Assembly (NCBI GenBank): GCA_044892505.1
Contig: CM097882.1
Span: 364,068,144-364,128,000, forward strand
Source of the DNA: Schmidtea nova
Lineage: Eukaryota
Reading direction: 5' to 3'
DNA: 59,857 bases
The notes under the pieces were generated by a model. That model saw nothing but the letters and a program-made list of their open reading frames with translations. It did not search any database and had not been told where the DNA came from. The position numbers were made by a program, and so were the translations under genes. Below, piece after piece: positions 1 to 14,097 of the stretch (the stretch's first letter is position 1; each line of letters begins with the position of its first letter).

Positions 1-32
1 ACTATAGATCAAAATTTATTTTATAAACAATA

Positions 33-65
33 ACACAATATTTCGGCACAGCCTTTATCAAGTGT
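33..65 (-). ncRNA. Minimal type I hammerhead ribozyme-like motif in a Penelope pseudo-LTR
   Basis: Minus strand reads ACAC-UUGAUAA-A-GGC-UGU-GCC-GAA-AUAU-U-GUGU: 4-bp stem I, core with U3/A8 in place of C3/G8, 3-bp stem II and a palindromic AAUAUU stem III. It lies just 3' of a Penelope ORF in the same orientation. Confidence 0.6.
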
Positions 66-309
66 GTATTTCAATCGTTATATTAACTTAATCCTAAATA
101 GTAACCTTAATTATTTTTTTAATATTTTATAATAATTTTATTGGATGAAAAAAATTTATTTTAATATTTTTGTGCGAATTGAATGTTGATGACGGTTTGT
201 ATTTTTTATGTAAAAAGTCTCGGAAACTAATCTTTGTAATGAATTTTTGAATCCCTCTTTGTTTCTTCTATAGATGGAGTTGTTTTATGTACTTTTTCCC
301 AGTGTTCGT

Positions 310-558
310 TTAATTACTGGTTTTGTTTTTAGTGTGTTCATTAAGTCGGTTGCGAAAAGTTCTATGTGTTTCTCCTATGTAAGTAGCGTCACATTTTTGA
401 CAAGAAAGTTTATATACTATATTTTTGGAAAAGCAAAAGCATCGGGTTGTGGACCGGCAAAGACATTTATGTTTTGAGATGTTGGAAATTGATGGGTTTC
501 GGAGTTGTGATTTTAACGGTGCGGAGGTTATGAACGTTGGATGGATGTGGATAGGCAA
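310..558 (-). pseudogene. GIY-YIG endonuclease segment of the Penelope-like element
   Basis: IVYKLSC-x2-C-x3-YIGET-x-R-x4-R-x2-EH motif. Confidence 0.85.
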
Positions 559-620
559 ATCTGTGTGATTAAAAATGTTGGTGATTTTGTTGGCTGTAGT
601 GTCATTTAGGAAAGGTAATC

Positions 621-1402
621 TTAGATATGTTGTGTGTTTGTTATTGTTATTGTGTTTCTGGCGTTTCCTATTGTGCGTTTATTGGGGTGTGGTTCGTTAA
701 GGAAGTATTTCTTTACAAATTCTTCAGGGTATCCATTTTGGAGGAATCGTATTTTGAAGTTTTCTAATGTTTCTTGTATTTTGTTTGAGTCTGGACAGTT
801 TCTTATGGCTCTTTTTCTTTCTCCTATTAGTAATGCGATTTTGCGTTGAAGTAGAACGTGGCTTTTCCATGGGAGGATATGACCACTATGTAAACTTTTA
901 GAATATAGCTCGGTGTTTGCATTTAGTGTATCTTGGCCTTTTGTGAAACTTACCATGGTATCTAAAAACGGTATTTTACCTTCTGTGTTTGGTGTTTCAA
1001 AAGTGAATTGTATGTTGGTGTTAGTAGAATTTGGGTGTGATAGGATTTGATTGAGAGGGATTGTGGAGACTGTGAAGATGTCTTCGATGTATCTTTTCTA
1101 GAAAAGTATTTTGTCCCCAAAAAAGATATGATCTTAGATTCTATAAAGTTCATGTAGAAAATGGCTAAGATGGGAGAAAGGTTATTACCCATGGCTAATC
1201 CATGAATTTGTTTGAATGGTTTTTCTTTAATTATGACAGTATCTGAATTTATTGCTAATTTTAGAAGTTCTATAAAGTCTTGTTTAGTTACGTCTGTGAG
1301 GTCAGTATTGGCTTTATACAGTTTTAAAGAAAGAAGCTGCGATGTCGAAAATATTATTCTCTCTGTGAAGAGGAATAGATCCGTAAAGATTGGAAACATC
1401 AA
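621..1402 (-). pseudogene. Penelope-type reverse transcriptase segments (broken frame)
   Basis: KQIHGLAMGNNLSPILAIFYM motif; thumb-like region FLQNGYPEEFV in the next ORF. Confidence 0.85.
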
Positions 1403-4400
1403 GAGATCCCCATAAGTACTGTTGTCCTGCGTTTAACGGAAGAGACGTATTTGTAATTTCGGAGACGAATTCTGGGTTTTCTTGAATCAATCTTATAAGA
1501 ACACCAAGGAGTCAGACAAACAGCACCTACTAATTGACTAATTCGAGTTTGAAGTTTTAAAATTATTTATTTCTATTTCATATAATTATTATGGCGTTTT
1601 TTGAGAATTATTCGCTTTAATTAAAATTATCTCCAATTTTAATTTTATGATTTATTTTTAAGTGAATCATTTTCTTTTGTGTACTAATTTACAATTTAAT
1701 ATATTTAACAATTATTCCCTAATTAAATCAATTCAGTGATAATAGACAAATATTAATTTACATTATTTTTAAAAATATTCATTTTTTCACAAGCAAATAA
1801 TAAAATTTATTAATTTAAAAAAATTCTATTGTTTTATTTATTTATTTTTTAAAATTTCTCCATCTTTTCATCTTGAATTTTCACTTAATAAACCAACTTC
1901 ATTTTACAATAATCATTGCATGAAAAGTAAATGGGATATTTTTCCTTGATTAAATTTCAATAAACATATAACGGGGAACATTTGAGATAAATTCTAATTA
2001 GATATCCAATTATGATTTTCAAATATTTTTTATCACGCAATTTTGATAGTTTTAATTATTTTGTATTTAATCATTTTCTACTTTTCATTTTCATATAAAT
2101 TATTGAAATTGTTGTTTCAGATATTTGTCAGAAGTCGTTTATCTTTATGGATGTCTTTTAAAAAAATATTTTAATTTATATTTATTAAAGTGAACAATTC
2201 ATTATTACTATATTCAATAAAAATTGAATTAAAAATTAATAATAAAAAATTTATTTCAATAAAAACTAGTTGATTTTATAATTAGTTTTATTCAATTAAA
2301 ATTTGGTTGAAAATATCAAATATATTTTTTTTAATATTAAATAATTTTTTATTCATTATTATTTTAATTATCTTTTGGTTTCACCTTTGATCTCTGTTTT
2401 TTAATTCAATAATTTTTATATTATTTTTTAATATAATAAATCAAAAAAATTTTTGGTTGTTAAGGTACACGATATTTCAGCACATTTGATAAATGCTGTA
2501 CCGATAGATCGTGTACAAAACAACAAAATTATTTTTGATTTATAGTCCTACTTGAAATTAACATTAAAATTATTAAATGAATTTTTTATTTAAAATTTCA
2601 TATAAAATATACTAAAATAATTTTATTTTTTTAGAGAGTTATTGAATTATAAATTATTTTCAAATATTTTCAATCTATCTGTACAATTAAAGAATTCTTT
2701 TGTTTAAATATTTATTTGAATTTCCATCCACTGACTGTTCATCCCTAAAGATGCATCCAGTTGGCGGTTCATCCAAAATTAATCAAAAACATAATTACAA
2801 ATTCTGTTGAGGAACTGTGATGATATTTTAATAGTTATATTATTGAGATTGGAGCTATTGTTATTATAGATATAAAATTATTCCAAGTATTTCTAACAAT
2901 TGTTGGTTTCGTATAAATATTTTCCTAATTTCCATTCAGTCTACCTTAACATACTTTCGGGGTCAGTACAAAATAGAACAAATTGCAAAATAATAAAAGT
3001 GCAAAAATTAATTAAAATTTATCAAAAATTAAAAATTACTATTGATTGGGGAAATGGATATAGTTGAACGCCAAATCAAAAGACGAATCCAACAATAATA
3101 ATATAAATTTGTAAAAGGCACCACGGAGAAATTTACATTGAAATTAATAAATCGCTCAATGGAAAGTCCTCAACAAAATTAATAAACGAAAGAAAGTGTA
3201 AATTTTTGGAAAATTGTAAATTGTCTTGATTGGAATTAAAACCAAATTATAATTTGTTATGACATTTAAATAAAATTATTCTGTGTTGGGTATTATTGAT
3301 TTTGATATAAATAAAAGGAGTCAGAGTCTGAACCGGTTTATTGTTCAAATAAAATAACCCAACAATACCATCGTTTGTCTAAATTAATGTTTCAATCTAA
3401 AAATATTTTTCTAATGAATGTTTTCTTAATGAAATTTTAACACGTTGGTTTCAGTGACGCCTTAGTGAAAAGGAATGTCGTTAGATATAATTTAATATTT
3501 CAGAGCAATATAAGTAATCCACAATGAACCCTCAATCCTACCATCCCATCATTATACCATATATTTTAAATGAATTTTTATATGTCAATCACTTCTAGAT
3601 TAAAAATATATTATCTGTCAATTTATATTCTCAGCGTATATTAAGGCTTTTTTAGTTAAGAGAGAATATTATTGCAATTATATAAAGGTTATATTTTTAA
3701 ATTTTGCATAAATAATAGAAAACGTGATACGTGATACTTTAGTAATACGCTAATCTTTTAAGGTAATAAACTGATTTTTGATGGTGATAGCAAATTATAA
3801 ACTTTAGAAATGTGAAAAACAAATGCCCGAACAACTTAATTCTGAATACTAAAGAAATCAAGAAACTCACATGGACAAGCATAATGGTGTTGTAAACATT
3901 AGGTTCTCAACTGTGAGGCACATCTTTCAACAATGGAGACGACGTTGTTATTAAGGATCGGTTACAAGCTCGCAATCACAGCGGTTATATATTGCTTCGG
4001 CACTTGCATGGGAAGTCATCGTATGCTTTAAGAATAAAATGACAGAAACACTAAGTTTGTCTTCTGGTGCGGTTTGGCTGATCTTGTTCCACTTATATTG
4101 ATGGTTTAGAAAATAAATCTTGTCAATCTTTAAGTAGTCTTGTCAGTAGTATTGTCAATGATAAGCAGCAGACATTTAACAACTCCAACTGATCCCAGCT
4201 TTGATGTTTTTTAAAGATAGGTTAAGATACTACCATTCGACTTTAAACAGTGAGATGAACAATTACTTAGGTATTTTAAGTGATCGTACACTTTTGGATG
4301 ATACAATATTAAGTTGACTGATGGAACTTTCATAGAGACTACTCAATTATTTATATATTTACAGTATCCGCTTGATTTTCAACAACGAAGTAAGTCTAGC

Positions 4401-7400
4401 AGCAGCATATTGTCCGATATTTTATTTTACTCCAGCGACTTACGATCGTCTTATAACTGAATTTAAAAATCTTATTCTAGTTGCGTTAACGAAAACTATT
4501 CTAGTTGATTTCGTTTCAATAGTTATTAGAGCATTCACTTAAGGATATTTAGTAGGATCTGTAACAGGATATTCTCAATCAGAGTGTTCTAGACATGACC
4601 AAAAAACTTAGTATGGAGTCAAAATTTGAAAGTGACAACGAACTGCCTGAATATTTCAAGGATTATCTGCACTCGCATGACTCGATTTCTGATCTTTCTG
4701 ATTCATTCAATTTAACAGTTGAACAAATGCTAGAGACAATGAGCAAATTTCTCTCTTGAGAACACCTAGAATAGATATTAATGACTCCAATTCAAAGGCT
4801 ACGCATATGGCTCAGTGACATTTTCAATCCTAATCTGTAGTCCATATTAGTTTACTAGTAAAGAGATCACTCAAGCCAAAAAACGACCCGATGAAATAAA
4901 CTTTAAAATTTTATATTTTTTAGGTTTTAATTATGTATAAGTTACTATTTTATACTAATTAAGTGACTACATTCTCCAGATCCTCTTTTAAAGAAAAATG
5001 GCGAATTCTTAGGATTTGTTTAAGGTGGTTTAATAAAAAGAAGTCGGATGAACTAAGTCAGAATTGTAAATGAGATTTGGTAGCGCTGTAAGGCTACAAT
5101 GCTGGATTGCTGTTATTTGCAGGCTAATAGTGTGAATTGGCGCATTGTAATGCGGGCAATGCACGTTTTGTGATTTTTGCTTTAATAACAATATTAAGAT
5201 TGAACTGTTGAATTATTGGATTGAATGAATTACTACTTTTGATAATAGTAATAAAGTTAATAGAAAATAATATAGAAAAAAAAATTATAGTAGTTTTTGT
5301 TTATTTCTTTCTCGGTAACACAAAATTATTTATTTTACATTTAAACATTAAATCAAAATATTTCAAGTCTCCACATTAACTATTAATTTTAATTTTAATT
5401 ATATTAATTTAATTTTTAATTAATAACTTAAGACATAAAGTTGACAACCACCACGGCAAGTTATACATTTGTCTCTTATCTCAATTTCCTGGTTTATTGA
5501 ACGAGATGAGCATAGCACCGTGGGAATTCCACTACTTGCATCCAAAAATTCAAAGCATCAAGTCTGTTCTGTATTATGTTGATGGTCACATTTCTTTCCT
5601 ATGCCAGTTTCCAGGCTTTTGATTATCGTGTTGTTTCAGGAATGAGAAAAAGGTGTCTCATCCGCGTGTTATATTATTATTTACAATATTGTTGAGGTAA
5701 TAAAATAATAAAAAAAATTTAAATTAAAATATATTTATAATTAAATGAAGGAGGGATGTGAAAATCCGGTCAGGGAAAGAATCGATAGTGTGAAAAAATA
5801 AAAAGAAAACAAAGATGCGAGAAGGTGTATAATTATAGGTGAAAAGCACAAAAAAATATGAATTGTGGAAAATCGATAAAAGATTCAAATATTCGAATTA
5901 AAATCTGAAAGGTTGCTCATGGGTGGAACAAGTAACGAGGAATAACATGGTGATAACGCAATTTTCAGAAAAGCCAGGAAGAGTGCGAAAAAGTGTGTAA
6001 GAGTGAAAAAACAAGAAAATGAAACTAATTAAGTAAGTAATTAATTAGCAAGAAGAAAGAAATTCTTAATTGTGTAAACAAGAAGAAAATTTTAGGCTCA
6101 TTATCTTGTCACTATGATTAATGGGAGAAGATCAAGAGATGATAATACATACAGAGAAGCCCGGACGGGCTATTAATTTTTTTTTGTTGGATCACTCTGG
6201 GTGACAGCCGAAGCATGGATGTGGTACTGAGTGTCAGACGAGAGATTGGCTCGGCAATAACCATTGGTCATCCAAATTCGGAGGACTATATAAGGAAAAT
6301 GAAAGTCAGAGCAAATCGGTATTTAGTCTCAGATAGGAATTTTAAGAAGAAATTTGAGAATAGGCAAACGAAGCTTATTGGAAGGATCAAGGATATAAAG
6401 GTGAATATTGATATAGCTTTTTACAGAGCATCAACACCGAGCTGAGAGTCGTTAAACTTATAAAACTTTGGTGAATTATTCTGAGGGGAGTACGATATAA
6501 TTTGTAATTTAGTATACGTTGGACAGTGTATTGTTTTGTTATTTACAATTAAAGGGACACTTGGAGTCAGATGTTACCGACTTAAATTAGTAAAACCCAA
6601 CAAATATTTTGATACTAAATAAGGATGAAAAATATTATTAAAATGTCTACACTTAATAGTATATTTAGACACTACTTTTAAAATATTTCGTCGAATGTCT
6701 ACTGTCCGCGATATTTTAGTGATAGAAATCGTATTAATTAGCCAGCTGGTTTTCACCGCAATCGGGTCAATTGAAATTGTAATAAAGATTTTAAAGTTAA
6801 ACTGTCGGTTTTCGTTATTTTGATTACTTTCCTGGCGCAATTTGTAACATGTAAAGTTTGTTTTTTAAAGTATAGATCAGACATGTCAGAAAAATCGTTC
6901 AAAGTATTTTTTCCTGAAGTTTTGTTAAATGAAATTGAAACTTATGTCGAAAATAATTTTCTAATTGAATACTTATGTTTTTATTTTGGAGTTTATTTAC
7001 GTCAAAGTATCAAATTAGTCAAAAAGTATAGTAAATAAAGACTATTGTTATTGTTTCTAATTTGTAACAAAATTATCATTCAATTCTTGTTGTATTCAAT
7101 GATAAGTAGTATTTATTAATTATGCATGTGTTTATATTTATCTATAAAGTAATTAGTTGATTTTATAAGCACACGAAAACATATTTTTTTTAAAAACATA
7201 TACATCAATCTTTAGAGAACAAACACTCCGATGTGGAACGAGGTAAAAATTATTCTCAATATCCGTCAGGATCGGCGCATAAATAAACAAAATAATTTGC
7301 CTTAGTCAACAGTTTTCAAGAGTATATGTAAAAGTCTCGGACGAGCGAGGCTATTAATTAATTTTGTTATCCGTTGGTCGATGGGGTTGTATGTTGTTAA

Positions 7401-8076
7401 GGAAATATGTAGAGCCCAGCAGAATCTCCGATAAAATCTGTCTTGGGACAGCTGGGGTGAATGTTATTTTATTTTCAAAGTATGTGTGAGAATGCTGAAC
7501 AAAATGTATATATAATAAACTTCAAAAGGACAAAATTATTAATATATACAAATTTTATTAAAATAACAGAGAAGGAAAAAAATCAGTACTCACTGATTTT
7601 TATCATAAGAAAATCTTCGCAATTGTTTTTGACTTCTTTTGAATTTTAACTTTCGATTTTGATCATATGATAATCTTCTTCTCTACTGCTTTTATTAACG
7701 TTCAAATTTCAAATTTTTGTTATTTCGTTAATTTCGTTCTTGCTTGTTAACTTTCGTTTTAGTTTGCAAAATTAAATTTCTTTCGTTATTTCAATTGTTA
7801 ATTTCTACTTGTCTTTCAATCAATTTTTATTGTTCAAATTCCTATAGTAATTGAATTACTATAGGAATTGATTTTTGAATTAAATATTTTATCTTATTAT
7901 TTTATTTAATTTTCATGGCAAATTTGCCAATAAACCAAATCATAAAAATAACATATATAATAAAATGGGATGGAAGGTAATCCTGTGTCTGAAAGGATGC
8001 CCACAATAATAACAGCAATTATAAATCAGTCTTTATAAATTAAATAAATAATGACAATAAGAATAAGAATACAGCC

Positions 8077-10907
8077 TAGAGTTTGCAAAAAAACCGGTGT
8101 TTGCAAACCGCGGTTTTCGGTTTTTCAAATTTGAGAAACCGTGGTTTTCGGTTCGGTTTTCGGTTTCTAAAAAAGTAAAAGGAAATAAAAAGGCATAAGT
8201 ATATTTATTGCTTTTTCAATAATATATTTCTATTTAAAAGTATAATGTATTTCATACAAGAAATATATATAATAAAATCATAGCTGCAACATATAAAATA
8301 GTAATAATGTTGTTTAATAAATAATATAACAATATTCCTATTCTGTCGACAATGCAGATATGAATTTCTAATTCACTTACATTGTTCACAGAGAATATAA
8401 AATAACACAGATAATTAATAATATTTTGTTTATACATTTACTATAATTCAGTAATATTAGTATATGTATGTAATCGTACATTTGTACAACTAATATAAAT
8501 AAAAATTAAAATAAATTAAATAGAAAATTTAATTTAGCTGTTATTGGAATACAATAACCAAAATTATATTGCATTATTGCAGATTTTTGTTATTTAGTTA
8601 ATTAAGAACTATTATTTATTCGATAATGTTTCAAAAATACTAAAGAATTAAGCGAATAATCACTAAGGCGTGATCTTAATTTTCTACTAAAGTTCGAAGA
8701 CGTGGAAAATACCCGCTCCGATTCTGTAGACGTTGGGCGTACTGTTAAAATAGCATCGTATAGTTGTTGAAGAACTGTTGTTCTTTTGCCTGTTTTCTTA
8801 TATATAGCAAATTCATCTTTAAGAGAACTAAATGGCTTTGCAGCTACTTCTTTTGCAGCAGAATTAATAGCAGCATTTATTTCATCTAATAAAGATGTAA
8901 ATGTAATATTCTGATCAGTTGGAGAATTGGTTTCACACAGAAATTCTTCACAATTATCGATTTGGTTTGGATACAGCCTATTCAATAAACGAGTGCCAAA
9001 ACTTAAATTTTCTTTTGTGGGTACAACTTGTTGAAGAAGGCATGACAACAAAGAACTCAATTCCCGATTCTGTCTTGAATTTAAGCGTGTTTTTATATTT
9101 TCTCGTAATTGGGTTATAATTATATATGTATCTCCCGAACAATTCGATTCGATACCATCGAGCTTCTTTAACAGAAATATAATTGCACCTTTTGCTGTTG
9201 TTAGATTAGCATCTTTTCTTCCTAATGCAAGTACAGTTAGTTCTAGTGGCTTCAATATACTACACAACAGCTTAACTACATCAAAGTCTATCAATGAAAT
9301 TAAATTTGTGGCGTTTAAATCATTTAACACTTCCCTTATCGATTCGCTAATTTTTAGAAATTTTTCTAGCATGGGATGGATAGAGTTCCATCTGTGTTGA
9401 ACATCTAATTCTAAATAAAGTTCATGACCTAGCTTATCCATAACGTTTTTTTGCAAAAGATCATTACGGACTGAGGAAAATTTAAAAAAGCGAACGATAG
9501 CTCGTACTTTTTTTAGAGTTTCAGCAATTGAAATTCTCTCTCTAACTTCTACAATGGTATTATCTTCGCTCAAATTAAAATCACAACTATCGCTACTAAA
9601 TTCGTCTTCAGTATTATAATCGTCCTCAGTATAGGATTCTTGATTTTCTTCACTATTTTGATTATCGTCAATTTTGGAATAAAATGTGTCGCACACTGCA
9701 AGGTGAAGACCATGATTCAAGCATAATTGGACTTCTGCTGGACATTCTCTTGCATATTTCACCATGACACTAGCCCCGTCATTGGACGTTGCAACAATGT
9801 CTTGCTCAAACGAAAGATGAAACATTTTTAAATGGTCAGACACAGTTGATAGAATCTTGGCTGCGTTACAAGATCCAAAAATCCTGACTAATCCAAGATT
9901 CATTACTTTTCCTTCTTTATTATGGGCATTGATGTTCATATAACGACGCTGTCGTGAGCTAACCCATTCGTCCAAAGTGATACTAAATTTCTCTCCCTTT
10001 TGTTTTTCTTGGTCAAAAAAGTTTATATACATTTTTTTCTTTTTCTCATATTCAAAATGAATAAGCGTCATTGTCCCATTTTCGCTTTTTGGTAATTGAA
10101 ACCCCTTATCACTAACAGCCTTTCGAATAAAATTAGAATTTGTTATTCCACGAATAGTAAAACCATCTTTTGTGGCCAACTCGTCCACAATCTCACCAAG
10201 TGTTAGCTTTGGAACATAATTGAAAATTGTTTTTTGTATTAACGCACTTGTGCTCGCAACAGCTGTTCTTTTGCAAGAAATTTTGTGGATATTTCGCATG
10301 TGGTTTATCATAGCAGAAGTCGATCCGTTCGAATTAGTTATTTCTACTCCACATTTATTACATTTTGCTTTATTGTCGGATTTGTTTGATGCTGGTATTT
10401 TTATAAAATATTCCCAAACCGTTGATGACATCATTTGAGGGTTTATTTGGCCACTGAAAGTGTTTCAAAAATTTGTTTAGTAATACAAATCTACGTATTA
10501 TCTTAAAAGAATTCTATAAGTACATATTCAAAATTTTAATTACCTACTCACCTATAGTTTTAAAACAATATATAATTATACAATCCAAGAAAGTAAATTA
10601 ATGAATTATAAATTTTAATTTGTAATCAATTTTAAAGTTTTTACAAATTTATTTGACAGCTATAATTTTATAGTGGGCATGGATTCTGACTGGTGGGCAT
10701 GGATTCCGACTTACTATAAAGTATGAAAAATTGCATACAATCAGGCAAAATTAATATTTTGAGAGAATTTTTTTATTTTACGTAGCTTTAAATGAAATAT
10801 TTTTTGAAAACCGAAAGCCGCGGTTTCTGCAGACGGTTTCCGGTTACGGTTTTTTGAGACGAAAATCGCGGTTTCGGTTTCCGGTTAACCGAACCGTGCA
10901 AACTCTA
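8077..10907 (-). mobile_element. Full-length hAT (Ac-like) DNA transposon
   Basis: 11-bp TIR TAGAGTTTGCA/TGCAAACTCTA; perfect 8-bp TSD ATACAGCC (8069-8076 and 10908-10915); subterminal CGGTTT/AAACCG repeats at both ends. Confidence 0.97.
8602..10434 (-). CDS. hAT transposase, 610 aa, with BED zinc finger
   Basis: VWEYF...AKCNKC...STSAMINHMRNIH (BED); SITLDEW, SNDGAS and CLNHGLHL (D, D, CxxH); RWNS; PTSTESERVFS (E and dimerisation domain); uninterrupted ORF. Confidence 0.95.
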   Translation of the reverse strand: MMSSTVWEYFIKIPASNKSDNKAKCNKCGVEITNSNGSTSAMINHMRNIHKISCKRTAVASTSALIQKTIFNYVPKLTLGEIVDELATKDGFTIRGITNSNFIRKAVSDKGFQLPKSENGTMTLIHFEYEKKKKMYINFFDQEKQKGEKFSITLDEWVSSRQRRYMNINAHNKEGKVMNLGLVRIFGSCNAAKILSTVSDHLKMFHLSFEQDIVATSNDGASVMVKYARECPAEVQLCLNHGLHLAVCDTFYSKIDDNQNSEENQESYTEDDYNTEDEFSSDSCDFNLSEDNTIVEVRERISIAETLKKVRAIVRFFKFSSVRNDLLQKNVMDKLGHELYLELDVQHRWNSIHPMLEKFLKISESIREVLNDLNATNLISLIDFDVVKLLCSILKPLELTVLALGRKDANLTTAKGAIIFLLKKLDGIESNCSGDTYIIITQLRENIKTRLNSRQNRELSSLLSCLLQQVVPTKENLSFGTRLLNRLYPNQIDNCEEFLCETNSPTDQNITFTSLLDEINAAINSAAKEVAAKPFSSLKDEFAIYKKTGKRTTVLQQLYDAILTVRPTSTESERVFSTSSNFSRKLRSRLSDYSLNSLVFLKHYRINNSS

Positions 10908-11434
10908 ATACAGCCTTAACAGTATATTTATTATAAGTCTTTTAAGATTGCTAGCTTCATTGTTTACATCAGGACTGACCAATCGAAATTGCTCCATGGT
11001 CCGCACTGACCACCCAAAGATTTCCAAGTGCCACACATAAATGCGATAATTACGTTTATTTACCAATTTATTTTACAGCCAATTTCATACTTATTCATTT
11101 TTTGTAAATAATTTAAATGCAGATGTTCACTAAACATGTTCAACACGTTATAAGCAGAAAACACGGATTGGAAGTTGGTAATAGTGACCTTTCTGGCTCA
11201 AAAACCTCAATGTTTTTTGTGGTATAATATATTACACTAAACACAAAATAAATGCTCAAAATAAACATATTTTGTAAAATTGTGTTGAATTTCGTGGGCA
11301 GCAAAAAATACAATATAACCTGAGGACTACTTGTTGGCCACCCCTGATTTACATAATACTCTTGTATTATAATATTATATTTATATAATATAATAATCCA
11401 AATCCAACAAATATATTTTCAACTTATTTCGTTG

Positions 11435-11476
<42 letters not shown>

Positions 11477-11490
11477 TTGATAGTACATAT

Positions 11491-11775
11491 CAGGGATGGA
11501 CAAACTACGGCCCACGGCCCGCTAAGACCAAGTTAGATTTCTTTTAAAAAATTAAAAAATAAAGTTTCAACAGAGTTTCTTTATTTTTCAAGCAAATATG
11601 TTTAATGTACCTATCAACCTTAAAATAATAAATGGGGGAACATTGTTTTTTCTTCAAAAACCTTCTATTTTATAGCTATTATCAATATTAAGTATTTCAC
11701 TTTTATACTATGTGGCCCCTCAAAATTTTGAAACTATGTATGCGGCCATTGTACTAAAAGGTTTGTCCACTCCTG
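11491..11775. mobile_element. hAT (Charlie/Buster-type) MITE
   Basis: CAGGGATGGACAAAC...GTTTGTCCACTCCTG termini; 8-bp flanks GTACATAT/GTATATAT (7 of 8 match). Confidence 0.8.
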
Positions 11776-11807
11776 GTATATATAATAATCCAAATCCAAC
11801 AAATATA

Positions 11808-11957
11808 NNNNNNNNNNNNNNNNNNNNNNNNNNNNNNNNNNNNNNNNNNNNNNNNNNNNNNNNNNNNNNNNNNNNNNNNNNNNNNNNNNNNNNNNNNNNN
11901 NNNNNNNNNNNNNNNNNNNNNNNNNNNNNNNNNNNNNNNNNNNNNNNNNNNNNNNNN
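11808..11957. other. Assembly gap (N run)
   Basis: Run of N. Confidence 1.
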
Positions 11958-14019
11958 GGGTTTCTCGTTTGATAGTATGCACTAAATAGTGTTAATATTT
12001 TATCTATGAAATTTAATACAAATAAAAGCAACAGTGACTAAACGACAAAGAATAAGGTATATACATTTATTTTGTATAAAAATTCATCTAAAATATCATT
12101 ATAAATAATTTATAACAATTACCAAAAGACACTAATAAATGAAATATTTACACTATCTAATGCAAAGGTCATACTAGCAAATGAAAACCCCTATATAACA
12201 GGAGAATTTTCCAAAAAATTAGATATGATTTTTACATTTTGATTTTTGATTTCATTTCAAATATTTTTCGAAAGAAAAATCTATTTACAAAAACAATATT
12301 CATGAAAGCATTCAACGTTCAGTTTCTATTTTAAAAAGTGTTGAATGACGAGGGTAGACCATTGAGGTATTTACAGTTAACAAATATTATCGAATGGGCA
12401 ATAATAAATACCGGGTCAATATATATCTAGAGAAAGGTAACTATCCCCTCTGCCACAATCTCTAAGTATCGGTCATCTCAGATCAGATCGTTCGTCGGCT
12501 GTGCAAACATCTATAATCTCTCAATGCAAATTAAACCCTCATCATGAACTCTAAATATTTCAAATTATCTGTGCAATCATTATCTAAACACTTCAAATTA
12601 TCTGTATGATCATTCATCTGTCATCATCTGTCAAACCCTTCGACTATGAACAATTCAGACTATCTCATAATTAATCTTGCGAACATTTGATAAAAAACAT
12701 GGATATTATTAATTTAAAATTTTATTTTATTATTATTATGTTGTAATTATTATTTTATGCCTTCAATTTTATTTGGAAATATCAATTTATTTTATGTAAG
12801 TACTCATTCAATTTTATTTGGAAATATCAATTTATTTCAATTGTAATTATTATTTTATGTAAGTACGTATTCAATTTTATTTTGAAATATCAATTAGTTT
12901 GAAAATAATAATTTGCTGGAAATACCAATTACGTATGTTAAACAGAATAGTATATAAGGCAAATGATAAGTTAGTTCAGCCGCCAAAAATTTTCTTTCAA
13001 AATTTGCGCGTTTGGCTCTCTTGAGTACAAATCTTAGAGCCGTTAAACAGATCAATTGATCGATAAACTTTAAATTTGTAAAAGGTTTTAACAACGGTTT
13101 AAGGTGTGAATTGCATGATATAAAACTGATTGTAAATTTTTTAAAGTAAATATATTGTCATTTAATAAATCTTCAAAAAGAATAGTTACTATCTTATTTA
13201 TTTATATAGGAACACCACCCCCAGTTGGGATTTCAAATATAAATATTTGGAACCTCAAAAAAAGTATAATTTACAAAAAAATAATATTTGGAAACTTTAA
13301 TTTTCTTTTTTTAATTTAAACAGCAGCCATTTTTCTAATCTCTATTTATTTGTAAATATTTTTCTAAAATTTACGTTATTCTTATCCATTTCTAAAGCTA
13401 TAAATGATTTTTCATCACTATTTTAATAAAAAATTCTATATCTGCTGCATATTAGAAATATTGTTCTTTTTTATATATATACTAATATAATCCTCCTTCA
13501 AGCATGACGGGAAAAGTTAAAATGATAATAAAAGTAAAGTTAATTTTTTGCTAATTTAATGTTAAAAATTTTTCAAGTAACTTAAAGTTAAATTTTACAT
13601 GTCGAAAATTTCCTTAGATATATAATATATATTATATAGTTTTAAAGATTTTGGACCTCTTGAAGGTTTTGAGACCTTTGAAGGTTTAGAACTCAACATT
13701 AACCTTTGAAGGTTTAGAACTTACCATTAACCTTCGAAGGTATGACCATCATACTTACCTCTCAATTACCTTTCGAATGATATTGATAAATATGCATTAT
13801 AAGGTTTGAAAAGATTTGAAGGTATTCGACCCTTTGAAGGTTTAGTACCCATCTTAGACCTTCGAGAGTATGACCATCACATGCATCTTTTGAAGAACTT
13901 TTGAACGATACCTTCATTTTTACCAAAAGTTCATATTTTACATAAATTCTTACAGTTTATTTATATTTTTGACACATGTACAAATAAATTAATGACGGTT
14001 ATTTAGTACAAATATTTTT

Positions 14020-14020
<1 letters not shown>

Positions 14021-14097
<77 letters not shown>
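14021..14097. repeat. (TTTTCG)n microsatellite, about 13 units
   Basis: Direct reading. Confidence 0.95.

Larger units (their letters stand above)
170..1520 (-). mobile_element. Penelope-like retroelement remnant (frameshifted RT plus GIY-YIG endonuclease)
   Basis: RT motifs SLDVSNLYGSIP (about 1370-1410) and GLAMGNNLSPILAIFYM lie in different frames. GIY-YIG motif NIVYKLSCQKCDATYIGETHRTFRNRLNEH is in ORF 310-558. Several frameshifts. Confidence 0.9.

Noticed and set aside
1521-8060. Host exons or further Penelope copies in the AT-rich stretch
   Set aside because: Only short degenerate similarities (e.g. about 7320-7360 to the Penelope 3' end) and no supportable gene model.
11712-12031. ORFs spanning the N gap and duplicated sequence beside it
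   Set aside because: Artefacts of the N run; the repeated flank may be an assembly overlap. The same applies to ORFs at 32889-33215.
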